Source: an uncultured Bacillota bacterium
Lineage (GTDB): Bacteria > Bacillota_I > Bacilli_A > RF39 > UBA660
Length of the DNA: 64,000 nt
Assembly: GCA_905212975.1 (NCBI GenBank)
Contig: CAJMGO010000004.1
Span: forward strand, 4,044 to 68,043
Direction of reading: 5' to 3'
Below are positions 16,833-25,471 of the stretch, piece after piece. The position numbers and the translations under genes are program-made. Below the pieces are notes generated by a model. That model was not told where the DNA came from. It did no database searches and saw only the letters and a list, made by a program, of their open reading frames with translations. Within the stretch, counting starts at the first letter, position 1. Every line of letters begins with the position of its first letter.

Positions 16833-17858
16833 ATGAATAATACAAGTTTATTAATAGGAAAAGCAAATAATAAAAATATAAGACACGAAATTAGTTGTAA
16901 TATAAATAATTCTATAACAAATCATGAGAATATATTAGTTTTTAGTGATAATGTATCTTATTATAGTGATTTTTTAAGAAAATTAAATGAAGAAGAATAT
17001 AATACCTATATATTAAATTTAAAAGATAGTTCTCATAGTAATGGATTTAATCCTTTTATTCTTCCATATAAATATTATAAATCTGGTAAAAAAGATAAAG
17101 CAGTTGAAATGTTAGAAAGCATTGGGCATGAGATTTGTAAGGAAAAGAATAGTAATTCAGATCCTTTTTGGGAGAATAGTGCTACATCATATTTTACGAC
17201 TTTAGCGCTTATTCTTTTTAAAGAAGGATCATATGATGAAATAAATCTAGGAAGTATACAAACTATGTTAACTCTTGGTGAAAAAGAATTTGAAGATACT
17301 AATTTAATTAAAAAGTATTTTAGTACCTTGGATATTATGGATCCTATTTATGTATTTGGATCTCAAGTTATATATTCTCCATCTGAAACTAGAGCAAGTA
17401 TTATATCGGTATTAAAACAAAAATTAAATTTATATTGTACAAAAGAAATTTTATTAAATAATTTATGTAATAACGAAATAGATTTATCTATTTTAAATAA
17501 TAAAACAGCAATTTTTATAATAAGTGATACTAAATATAATGGTATTTCTAATATACTAATAAATCAAATATTTAATCAAAATAAAGAATTTTCATATTAT
17601 ATAGATAAAATAGAAAAATTAAATAGTATTACTGAATTAGAAAATATGATTGATAATAATGAAAAAATATTTATTACGTCAAGTTCTAAGCAAGAAATTA
17701 GTGATATATATGGAAATAACTTAATAAATAATATAAATTATGTTAAAGATGTAAAAGAAGAGTATGAAATTTTAGATAAATGTAATATTAATTTACCAGA
17801 TACTAAAATTAATAAACATAATTATTTTAATATAGAGGATTTTATAAAAAAATGTTAA
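16833..17858 (+). CDS. Type IV coupling protein (VirD4/TraG/TcpA)-like protein lacking Walker A/B motifs
   Basis: ..GFNPFILPY..SDPFWENSATSYFTTLALILFKEG..INLGSIQTML..ETRASIISVLKQKLNLY..NKTAIFIISD.. follows the T4CP nucleotide-binding and all-alpha domain order. The Walker A position reads ILVFSDNVSYYSDF, and the LDEF position reads ISDTKY. No N-terminal TM. Confidence 0.5.
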   Translation: MNNTSLLIGKANNKNIRHEISCNINNSITNHENILVFSDNVSYYSDFLRKLNEEEYNTYILNLKDSSHSNGFNPFILPYKYYKSGKKDKAVEMLESIGHEICKEKNSNSDPFWENSATSYFTTLALILFKEGSYDEINLGSIQTMLTLGEKEFEDTNLIKKYFSTLDIMDPIYVFGSQVIYSPSETRASIISVLKQKLNLYCTKEILLNNLCNNEIDLSILNNKTAIFIISDTKYNGISNILINQIFNQNKEFSYYIDKIEKLNSITELENMIDNNEKIFITSSSKQEISDIYGNNLINNINYVKDVKEEYEILDKCNINLPDTKINKHNYFNIEDFIKKC

Positions 17859-17924
17859 AAAATTAAATTTATACTTTAAATCTACATAGAATATATTATT
17901 ATAGTGTAATATTGGGGGTAACAC

Positions 17925-18071
17925 ATGAAAAAAATAGAAAAATTAAAAAAATTAAGGAATGCTTTATTATATTATAAAGCAAGTATTGAACATGATGAAC
18001 AGATTAATAATCAATTTGTTCAATATGAAAAAAGTAAAGAAAAAGTAAAAATTTTAACTTTATTTAAATAA
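17925..18071 (+). CDS. Small hypothetical protein (48 aa), below the ORF-track cutoff
   Basis: GGGGGTAA SD-like element 5 nt upstream of the ATG. MKKIEKLKKLRNALLYYKASIEHDEQINNQFVQYEKSKEKVKILTLFK. Followed directly by a terminator. Confidence 0.3.
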   Translation: MKKIEKLKKLRNALLYYKASIEHDEQINNQFVQYEKSKEKVKILTLFK

Positions 18072-18076
18072 CAAAA

Positions 18077-18102
18077 GAACATTCATTAGAATGTTTTTTT
18101 TT
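18077..18102 (+). terminator. Rho-independent terminator
   Basis: Stem GAACATTC / GAATGTTT with a 4-nt loop, then T9. Confidence 0.6.
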
Positions 18103-18154
18103 GATGTTATAATTTGAAAAAAGTAATAAAAAGTGTTACAATTATGAAGTTGAG

Positions 18155-20242
18155 GTGATTACTTTGAAAAAAGGTAATAAATTTTTAAATTATATTAAAT
18201 CTTTCTTCAAAGATTTTTCAATTAATTTTGTTAAATGTATAAAGAAAATTATTAATTATTCAAAGACTAATATACTATTTTTTACATTTGTTATAACTTC
18301 TGTTATAAATTCAACTATGCTTAGATTATTTACAGTAAAGAATGGGTTAAGTATTAGTCCTGTTTTAGCTGATTTAACAGTAGTTATATTTATTGGATCT
18401 ATTTGCTATTTTTTAAAGCCAAAACACCAATTTAAATACTTGTTTATTATGTCGGTTATATTTTCTATAATTTGTATAATTAATTCTGTTTATTATACAA
18501 ATTATGTTTCTTTTTCATCTGTATCGTTATTAAAGGCTGCAGGTCAATTGGGAGGAGTAAAAGACTCAGTTACTGATTTGTTACAACCAAGAGATTTTTA
18601 TTATCTATTTCAAGTTGTAGCACTCTTATTTGTACATAAGTTTTTAAAACGTAAAGGTTATTATAAAAAGGTTGAAAAAATTGAAGTAGGTAGAATTAGA
18701 TTTTTAAACTCAATTGTTGGAGGACTTATTACTTTAGGTTTCTTTGTATCAACATTAACTAGTACAGATATAAGTAGATTAAGTAAACAATGGAATCCTG
18801 AATATATTGTTATGAAATATGGAATATATACATACCATATAAATGACTTAATTACAAATATTAAATCATCATTAAATCCTTTATTTGGATATGATAAAGC
18901 TGCAGCTCAGTTTAGAGAATTTTATTCACAGGATTCTGAAACTAAAACAAATGAATATACAAATTTATTACAAGGAAAAAATGTTATAGCAATACATGCA
19001 GAAAGTATGCAAAAATGGGTAATAAATACAACCATAAATGGGAAAGAAATAACTCCTAATTTAAATAAATTAGTTCGTGAAGGACTTTATTTTTCTAATT
19101 TTTATGCACAAGAAAGTACAGGAACAAGTAGTGATAGTGAATTTACATATGCATCCTCAATTTTACCAACTTCTAAAGGTACTGTTTTTGTAAATTATTA
19201 TGATAGAAAATATGTAACTTTACAAAATATGTTAAAAGAAAAAGGATATTATACTTTTAGTATGCATGGTAATAATTGTTCATTCTGGAATAGAAAGCTT
19301 GCATATGAAAGTATAGGTTATGAAAAATTTTATTGTTATACTAATGATTATGTAATTGATGATACTGTTGGTCTTGGACTTTCGGATAAATCATTCTTTA
19401 GACAATCAATTGATATATTAAAAAATATTAAACAAGAACATAAAAATTATTATGGAACAATGATTATGTTATCCAACCATACACCATTTAATAAAAATGG
19501 AGAACCTTTTTCAGATTTTGATGTAAGATATCACTTTCAAAAATTAAATGAAGAAACAGGTGAATATGAAGATGCATCTTGGGATTATTTGGAGGGAAGA
19601 AAGTTAGGATATTATATCCAATCAGTTCATTATGCTGATGAAGCACTAGGTGAATTAATTGAATATCTAGAGAATAATAATTTAATGGAAAATACTCTTT
19701 TAGTATTGTATGGTGATCATGATGCTAAAGTGAAAAAATCTGATTATAATTTTTATTATAATTTTAATCCAGAAACTGGTGAAATGTATGATAAAGATGA
19801 TGAAAGATATCATGAAGTTGATTATTATGACTATGAACTAAATAGAAAAGTACCACTTATAATGTGGACAACAGATAGTAAATTGAAAGATAAATTTAAA
19901 GGTGAAGTTACAAAAGTAATGGGAATGTATGATGTTCAACCAACACTTGCTAATATGTTAGGTGTTAAAAGTAAATATGCTTTAGGGCATGATATATTCT
20001 CAATTGATGAAAATGTAGTAGTATTTCCTGATGGTAACTGGTTAACAGATAAAATGTATTATAATAGAAGTAAAGACGAAGGAAAAATGCTAGATATAAA
20101 TGAAACAGTAGGAAGTGATTACATTAATTATTATAATGATTATTCAGATAAATTAATTACTGTTTCAAATTCAATAATAACATATGATTTAATATTAAAA
20201 ACAGAGGAACAAGAAAAAATACTAAATGAAGTTATTCCTTAA
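18155..20242 (+). CDS. ltaS: Lipoteichoic acid synthase family protein (5 TM plus extracellular sulfatase-fold domain)
   Basis: Five N-terminal TM segments, then the sulfatase-type domain (IHAESMQ.., ESTGTSSDSEF, MHGNN, LSNHTPF, LYGDHD). The start could be GTG 18155 or TTG 18164. Confidence 0.85.
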   Translation: MITLKKGNKFLNYIKSFFKDFSINFVKCIKKIINYSKTNILFFTFVITSVINSTMLRLFTVKNGLSISPVLADLTVVIFIGSICYFLKPKHQFKYLFIMSVIFSIICIINSVYYTNYVSFSSVSLLKAAGQLGGVKDSVTDLLQPRDFYYLFQVVALLFVHKFLKRKGYYKKVEKIEVGRIRFLNSIVGGLITLGFFVSTLTSTDISRLSKQWNPEYIVMKYGIYTYHINDLITNIKSSLNPLFGYDKAAAQFREFYSQDSETKTNEYTNLLQGKNVIAIHAESMQKWVINTTINGKEITPNLNKLVREGLYFSNFYAQESTGTSSDSEFTYASSILPTSKGTVFVNYYDRKYVTLQNMLKEKGYYTFSMHGNNCSFWNRKLAYESIGYEKFYCYTNDYVIDDTVGLGLSDKSFFRQSIDILKNIKQEHKNYYGTMIMLSNHTPFNKNGEPFSDFDVRYHFQKLNEETGEYEDASWDYLEGRKLGYYIQSVHYADEALGELIEYLENNNLMENTLLVLYGDHDAKVKKSDYNFYYNFNPETGEMYDKDDERYHEVDYYDYELNRKVPLIMWTTDSKLKDKFKGEVTKVMGMYDVQPTLANMLGVKSKYALGHDIFSIDENVVVFPDGNWLTDKMYYNRSKDEGKMLDINETVGSDYINYYNDYSDKLITVSNSIITYDLILKTEEQEKILNEVIP

Positions 20243-20247
20243 AAAAG

Positions 20248-20276
20248 AAAAGAAGATGAACAACATCTTCTTTTTT
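20248..20276 (+). terminator. Rho-independent terminator after ltaS
   Basis: Stem AAGAAGATG / CATCTTCTT (20250-20258 / 20264-20272) followed by a T-run. Confidence 0.7.
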
Positions 20277-20327
20277 GAATAAAATATATTGTCAAGAATA
20301 AAATATTTTGATATAATCTTCTTGTAT

Positions 20328-20401
20328 GGGTCTATAGCCAAGTGGTAAGGCGTGGGACTGCAACTCCCTGATCGTTGGTTCAAATCCGACTAGGCCCTCC
20401 A
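20328..20401 (+). tRNA. tRNA-Cys (GCA), CCA encoded
   Basis: Acceptor GGGTCTA/TAGGCCC, anticodon loop CUGCAAC, T-loop GGTTCAAATCC, 3' TCCA. Confidence 0.9.
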
Positions 20402-20630
20402 TCGGGAAATCTGTTCGAACTTTTATAGTTTAGGGCTTAATATATAAAATATCAATTTCTAAATGAAGTTGATATTTTTTTTGTTAAGAAAAGACAGATT
20501 TTATGATTAATATTGCAAGAAAACAAATGGAGTTATTAAAGAATAATAAATCATTTAATAATATTGAATACATTGAAAACAAAATTAATAACAAACAAAA
20601 GTTAACTTTATAACAACATTTTGAATATAG

Positions 20631-20666
20631 AAAAAACGATGGCTATTATAAGTCATCGCTTTTTTT
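20631..20666. terminator. Bidirectional terminator
   Basis: 8-bp stem CGATGGCT / AGTCATCG flanked by A6 and T7. Lies just downstream of the minus-strand gene that ends at 20684. Confidence 0.5.
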
Positions 20667-20683
20667 AGAATATTTTTAAATTA

Positions 20684-21034
20684 CTAATTGAAAATGCCAA
20701 AAATACTTGCTAAAGCATTAATTATAAGTGAAAGTGGTATCATAGATGTAAGTATGGCTATTATACTAAATGATATCTTAAGAGATGTTTCTTTTTTTGA
20801 TTTTAATGCACATACTATATAAATAATTGCAAATACAAATAATAAAATATTGTCTATCCATAATAATGGACCATTAATATAATTGATTAAAAAGTTACTA
20901 ATATTATCTATATTTTGATCTATATAAGTTAGGTATGTAAAATTTAATATTGTAATCATTATACTTATAAATGTTAAAACTATTAAAGATATTTTTATAA
21001 ACTTTTCTACATCACTATTTAATATTTTTTTCAT
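20684..21034 (-). CDS. Small integral membrane protein (3 TM), function unknown
   Basis: 116 aa, three hydrophobic segments, GGAGGATGA SD region upstream. Confidence 0.5.
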   Translation of the reverse strand: MKKILNSDVEKFIKISLIVLTFISIMITILNFTYLTYIDQNIDNISNFLINYINGPLLWIDNILLFVFAIIYIVCALKSKKETSLKISFSIIAILTSMIPLSLIINALASIFGIFN

Positions 21035-21144
21035 AAAATTATCATCCTCCTAGAATAAATATATACTATAATATTTGGTAAGTCAAGTTAGGTTTGACAG
21101 GGGTTAAGTTTTGTTATAAAATTGTTAATAGAATAGGTGATGTT

Positions 21145-21507
21145 ATGAAAAAAGGTTTTACTTTGATTGAATTGTTGGCTGTTATTACTATAATGGGTTT
21201 GCTTGCTGTTATTATGATACCTAAGATTTTAGAAAGAGTTGATAACGATAACCAAAAAGTAGATGAAGCAAAGGTTTCATTAATTAAAAGTGCGGCTGAT
21301 ACATATATATCCAAAAATATAAATGATTATCCAAATACATTAAATAATATTTATTGTATTTCTTTATCTGATCTTGATGATTCAGGACTTATAATGGTTG
21401 ATATATCTGATGTTATAGATAATGGTTATGCTTATGTTAAAGCTAGTATTAAAGAAAATGGTAATTTGTATTCTTTAACAGAAAAGTGTCAAGAAGTTAA
21501 AAATTAG
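21145..21507 (+). CDS. Type IV pilin/pseudopilin-like protein (prepilin N-terminal methylation motif)
   Basis: MKKGFTLIELLAVITIMGLLAVI is the G/FTLIE class III signal. AGGTGA SD before ATG 21145. The ORF-track start at 21094 is too long. Confidence 0.75.
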   Translation: MKKGFTLIELLAVITIMGLLAVIMIPKILERVDNDNQKVDEAKVSLIKSAADTYISKNINDYPNTLNNIYCISLSDLDDSGLIMVDISDVIDNGYAYVKASIKENGNLYSLTEKCQEVKN

Positions 21508-21536
21508 TTGTAAATTTTATTTTATATTGCTATAAT
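21508..21536 (+). promoter_or_regulatory. Strong sigma-A-type promoter (TTGTAA, 17-nt spacer, TGcTATAAT)
   Basis: -35 TTGTAA at 21508-21513, 17-nt spacer, extended -10 TGCTATAAT ending at 21536. Lies immediately downstream of the pilin stop. Confidence 0.55.
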
Positions 21537-21542
21537 TAAATT

Positions 21543-21707
21543 ACTAGAGGAAGTTATAAAAGAAAAACCTACAAGTAAACGATTCGGGAACTTAATGAAT
21601 AGGTTGTGTTGAATGCTTAAATTTATTTAAGAATCCTAATATTTATTCTGTAGTGCCCACCTGGTAGAACAGGTTTTATCGTTTAGACTTCTTCTAGTTT
21701 TTTTTTT
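21543..21707 (+). ncRNA. Candidate 6S-like structured RNA (~165 nt)
   Basis: Own promoter. 11-bp end-to-end closing helix (21544-21554 with 21687-21697). 7-bp helix AAAACCT/AGGTTTT (21564-21570 / 21671-21677). Large unpaired central region on both strands. Apical hairpin CTTAAA-TTTA-TTTAAG. U-run 21698-21707. Confidence 0.45.
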
Positions 21708-21748
21708 GTATTTATGTTATAATTGTCTTAATGATAGGAGGCATCATT

Positions 21749-24007
21749 ATGAGTAAGAAAAAAAAGAGAAAAGAAGAAGGTAAAACTCCTAAAAAATATT
21801 CTACAGAATTATTTGGTTTACTTCTTATAATAATTGCTCTTATAGGTTTTATTCCAAAAACAGGAATTATAGGTAATTTTATAAGTAGTTTTTCATCCTT
21901 TTTAGTTGGAATATGGTATGGTTTGTTTTTGATAGCTTTAATAGTTATTGGAATATATATGATTATAAAAAGAGAAAAACCAGACTTTTTTACATCAAAA
22001 CTTGTTGGGCTTTATATATTTATTTTAGGATTATTAGTTTTAACTCATACTAAATATATAAAAGATACTGATTTAAAAGGAATGGATATAATCAGTGAAA
22101 CTTTAAATCAATTTATGGCTTCTATATCATCAGGTAAAAGTCAATTAGGTGGTGGAATTATAGGAGCTGCATTTTCTTGCCTTTTTGTAACTCTTTTTGA
22201 TACAACAGGAACTACTATTGTAACATGGGCATTACTTATATGTGGTGTTGTTATGTTTACTGGAATGTCTATTATGGATATTTTAAAGAAAGGTGCTTCG
22301 AAGGTTAAAATAACAAAACATGAAAAGAAAGAAAAAGAAGAAAAAAATGAAGTTAGAGAAATTCATGACTTAAAAGAACTTGATGAAGTAAATGAACAAA
22401 GTGATAAAAGAACTGTTGTAACATCAATAGATGAGATAATAAATATTAATAATAATGCAAAGGAAGAAGTTAAACCAGATGTTATTTTAGAACCAAAAGA
22501 TGTTGTTGAAGAAATTGAACCTATAAATAAAAAAGGCTATGTTCTTCCTTCTAATAATCTTCTTTCTAAACCAAAACAAAAACAAGTAGAGAGTAAAGAT
22601 ACTATTGCTCATAATGTTACTGTACTTGAACAAGTTTTAAAGGATTTTGGTATAACTGGACATGTTGTTGCAATTAATCCTGGACCTACGGTTACTCAAT
22701 ATGAAGTAGAAGCTGCAAGTGGTACAAAAATGAGTAAAGTTTTAAGTATTCATAGGGAAATTGCTCTTGCTTTAGCTGCTAAAAATATTCGTATAGAAGC
22801 ACCTATACCTGGTAAATCAACTATAGGTATAGAAATACCTAATAAAGTTGTTTCTACTGTAACAGTAAGAGAAATTCTAGATAGTGTACCTCCTAAATAT
22901 AAAGATTCTAAATTGCTTACTACTTTAGGTAGAGATATAATGGGATCTCCTCAATATTGTGAGATTAATAAAACACCACACCTTTTGGTTGCTGGATCTA
23001 CTGGTAGTGGTAAATCAGTATGTATAAATAGTATGATTGTATCAATACTTATGCGTTCTAAACCTGATGAGGTAAAATTAGTATTAGTTGATCCAAAAAA
23101 GGTAGAACTTTCTATGTATAATGGAATTCCACATTTATTAACTCCTGTTGTAACTGATCCAAGAAAGGCTAATATAGCTTTAAAGAAGATTGTTACTGAA
23201 ATGGAAAATAGATATGATATGTTTAGTGATAGTGGTACTAAAAATATTGCTGGATATAATGAATATGTTGAAAAAGAAAATAAAAATAGAGATGAAAATC
23301 ATAAGATTAGAAAATTACCATTTATAGTTGTAATAATTGATGAACTTGCTGATTTAATGCTTGTTGCTGCAAAAGAGGTAGAAGATTCCATTATGCGTAT
23401 AACTCAAATGGCAAGAGCAGCTGGTATTCATTTGATTGTAGCGACTCAAAGACCTTCAACTGATGTAATTACTGGTGTTGTAAAAGCTAATATTCCATCT
23501 CGTATTTCATTTGCTGTTTCATCTAGTATAGATTCAAGAACAATTCTTGATATGACAGGTGCTGAAAAATTACTTGGTAAAGGTGATATGTTATTCTTAC
23601 CTCAAGGAGAAAATACTCCTATAAGAATTCAGGGTACTTTTATAAGTGATGAAGAAATAAAGAAAGTTGTAGATTATACTATAAATCAACAAAAAGCTCA
23701 TTACGATGAAACTTTTATAATGAGTGATGAAGAGATGCATGCTACAACTATGGTAAACGAAACAAGTAGTTCAAATCCTCATGAAAAAGATGCTACGGAA
23801 GAGCCTTTATATAATGAAATTGTTGAATTCGTTGTAACACAAGGTAAGGCAAGTGCTTCGCTTTTACAAAGAAGATTTAGACTTGGATATAATAGGGCAG
23901 CACGTGCAATTGATTTGTTAGAAGAACGTGGTATTGTAGGACCTCAAAATGGTTCTAAGCCAAGAGAGGTACTTATAAAACTTGAAAAAGAAGATAATGA
24001 TGATTAA
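21749..24007 (+). CDS. ftsK: DNA translocase FtsK/SpoIIIE
   Basis: AGGAGG SD before ATG 21749. 4-5 N-terminal TM segments, linker, motor domain (GSTGSGKSV, VVIIDELADLM, IVATQRPS) and gamma winged helix (LLQRRFRLGYNRAARAIDLLEERGIVGP). Confidence 0.95.
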   Translation: MSKKKKRKEEGKTPKKYSTELFGLLLIIIALIGFIPKTGIIGNFISSFSSFLVGIWYGLFLIALIVIGIYMIIKREKPDFFTSKLVGLYIFILGLLVLTHTKYIKDTDLKGMDIISETLNQFMASISSGKSQLGGGIIGAAFSCLFVTLFDTTGTTIVTWALLICGVVMFTGMSIMDILKKGASKVKITKHEKKEKEEKNEVREIHDLKELDEVNEQSDKRTVVTSIDEIININNNAKEEVKPDVILEPKDVVEEIEPINKKGYVLPSNNLLSKPKQKQVESKDTIAHNVTVLEQVLKDFGITGHVVAINPGPTVTQYEVEAASGTKMSKVLSIHREIALALAAKNIRIEAPIPGKSTIGIEIPNKVVSTVTVREILDSVPPKYKDSKLLTTLGRDIMGSPQYCEINKTPHLLVAGSTGSGKSVCINSMIVSILMRSKPDEVKLVLVDPKKVELSMYNGIPHLLTPVVTDPRKANIALKKIVTEMENRYDMFSDSGTKNIAGYNEYVEKENKNRDENHKIRKLPFIVVIIDELADLMLVAAKEVEDSIMRITQMARAAGIHLIVATQRPSTDVITGVVKANIPSRISFAVSSSIDSRTILDMTGAEKLLGKGDMLFLPQGENTPIRIQGTFISDEEIKKVVDYTINQQKAHYDETFIMSDEEMHATTMVNETSSSNPHEKDATEEPLYNEIVEFVVTQGKASASLLQRRFRLGYNRAARAIDLLEERGIVGPQNGSKPREVLIKLEKEDNDD

Positions 24008-24020
24008 TCTTCTTTTTTTT
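23987..24020 (+). terminator. Rho-independent terminator overlapping the ftsK 3' end
   Basis: Stem AAAGAAGAT / ATCTTCTTT (23987-23995 / 24007-24015) followed by a T-run. An extended -10 TGATATAAT follows. Confidence 0.6.
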
Positions 24021-24043
24021 GATATAATTAATATGGTGATTAT

Positions 24044-24928
24044 ATGAAGTATTTATCTGAATTTTTAAAATACATTGATTTAGAAAAAAACTATTCTAAT
24101 TATACTTTAATTAATTATAAAGATGATTTATCTTTTTATTTAGATTTTTTAAATAAAGAGAATATTGATGTGTTAGATAGTGATTATAAAGTAATTAGAA
24201 ATTATTTATCATATATGTATAATAAAAAATATAGTTCTAAAACTATAAGTAGACATATAAGTTCTCTTAGAAGCTTTTATAAATATATGTTAAAAGAAAA
24301 TTATATAGTTAAAAATCCTATGACTCTTATATCTAATCCAAAACAAGAAAGTAAACTACCTCATTTTTTATACTATAATGAACTTGAAACTATTTTAAAT
24401 ATTCCAGATAAAAGTACACCTTTAGGTCAAAGAGATAGTGTAATATTAGAGCTTTTATATTCAACTGGTATAAGAGTAAGTGAGCTAGTTAATATAAAAT
24501 TAAAAGATATAAATTTAAGTACAAGAAAAATTAGAATTTTAGGTAAAGGAAATAAGGAAAGAATAGTTTTATATGGAGAATATTTAAAAAACTTACTTGA
24601 TATATATTTAAATGATGGAAGGGAAAAATTAGTAAAGAATAATCAAGAGTATCTGGTTTTAAATAAAAATGGTAGTGGTCTTACAACTAGAGGAGTTAGA
24701 GTTATAATAGATAATATTTTAAAAAAAGGTGAAATAGATTTTCATATTAGTCCACACGTTTTAAGGCATACTTTCGCAACACATATGTTAGATAGTGGAG
24801 CTGATTTAAAAAGTGTTCAAGAATTATTAGGTCATGAGAATTTATCTACTACTCAAATTTATACTCATGTTTCAAATGAACGACTTAGAAAAGTATATTT
24901 ATCAACACATCCAAGAGCCAAAATGTAA
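24044..24928 (+). CDS. Tyrosine recombinase XerC/XerD family
   Basis: 294 aa. SAM-like N-domain, catalytic RDSVILELLYSTGIRVSEL, HVLRHTFATHML, LGHENLSTTQIYTHV. Adjacent to ftsK. Confidence 0.9.
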   Translation: MKYLSEFLKYIDLEKNYSNYTLINYKDDLSFYLDFLNKENIDVLDSDYKVIRNYLSYMYNKKYSSKTISRHISSLRSFYKYMLKENYIVKNPMTLISNPKQESKLPHFLYYNELETILNIPDKSTPLGQRDSVILELLYSTGIRVSELVNIKLKDINLSTRKIRILGKGNKERIVLYGEYLKNLLDIYLNDGREKLVKNNQEYLVLNKNGSGLTTRGVRVIIDNILKKGEIDFHISPHVLRHTFATHMLDSGADLKSVQELLGHENLSTTQIYTHVSNERLRKVYLSTHPRAKM

Positions 24929-24967
24929 TTAATATACTAAAATTGCCATAATAATAAAGGTGATATT

Positions 24968-25471
24968 ATGTATTATATTAATTACTTTTTTTTATACTCA
25001 ATTATTGGTCATATAATAGAATCTATAATTTATTTATTTTGTAGTGGTCATAGTGGTTTTTTATATGGCTATTGGACTCCTATATATGGTATAGGAATAA
25101 TTATAGTTTTAATTATTGATAAGTTTCTTAAAAAATTTAAACTTAGTAGATTTAAATATTTATTATTATTATTTTTAATATCTAGTATTTTACTTACTTT
25201 AATTGAATATTTAGGTGGTATTTTATTAAAAAGTTTATTTAATATAGTTTTATGGGATTATTCAAATCATAAATTTAATTTTGGAAAGTTTATTTCTCTT
25301 AAAATGTTAATTATATGGGGAATTAGTTCATTACTTTTTATTGTTTTTCTAAAAGGAAAAAGTGATAAAATAGTAAAAAAAATACCAAGAATAGTTTCTT
25401 GGATATTAATTATATTATTTTTTATAGATTTACTTTTAACTATTTTTATGAAAAGCAAAATATTCTTCTAA
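24968..25471 (+). CDS. Polytopic membrane protein (CmpB/'putative ABC-transporter type IV'-like family)
   Basis: 167 aa, 5 TM, N-terminal FFLYSIIGHIIE pattern recalled from that family. Motif-only call. Confidence 0.4.
   Translation: MYYINYFFLYSIIGHIIESIIYLFCSGHSGFLYGYWTPIYGIGIIIVLIIDKFLKKFKLSRFKYLLLLFLISSILLTLIEYLGGILLKSLFNIVLWDYSNHKFNFGKFISLKMLIIWGISSLLFIVFLKGKSDKIVKKIPRIVSWILIILFFIDLLLTIFMKSKIFF

Noticed and set aside
20402-20425. GTTCGAAC-containing sequence right after tRNA-Cys, considered as a second, partial tRNA.
   Set aside because: It cannot be folded into acceptor, D and anticodon arms. It is only an 8-nt palindrome resembling a T-loop.
20503-20613. 36-codon ORF (MINIARKQMELLKNNKSFNNIEYIENKINNKQKLTL) between the tRNA-Cys terminator and a bidirectional terminator.
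   Set aside because: There is no SD-like sequence, the composition is indistinguishable from intergenic AT-rich DNA, and nothing supports translation.
21640-21680. Minus-strand similarity CTGTTCTACCAGGT to the 4.5S/SRP RNA segment CUGUUUACCAGGU.
   Set aside because: The conserved SRP domain IV elements (GGAA tetraloop, AGCA/GGAAG symmetric loop) are absent. The promoter and U-run are on the plus strand. The region is better explained as part of the plus-strand 6S-like RNA.
24044-24928. Tyrosine recombinase, considered as a phage or ICE integrase marking a mobile element.
   Set aside because: Its size (294 aa), its full XerC/D motif set and its position directly after ftsK fit the chromosomal dimer-resolution recombinase. 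There are no flanking phage genes or att-like repeats.
25436-25471. 36-nt convergent overlap of the 3' ends of the genes at 24968-25471 (+) and 25436-26083 (-).
   Set aside because: Short convergent overlaps are common in compact AT-rich genomes. No structure or extra signal was seen in the overlap.
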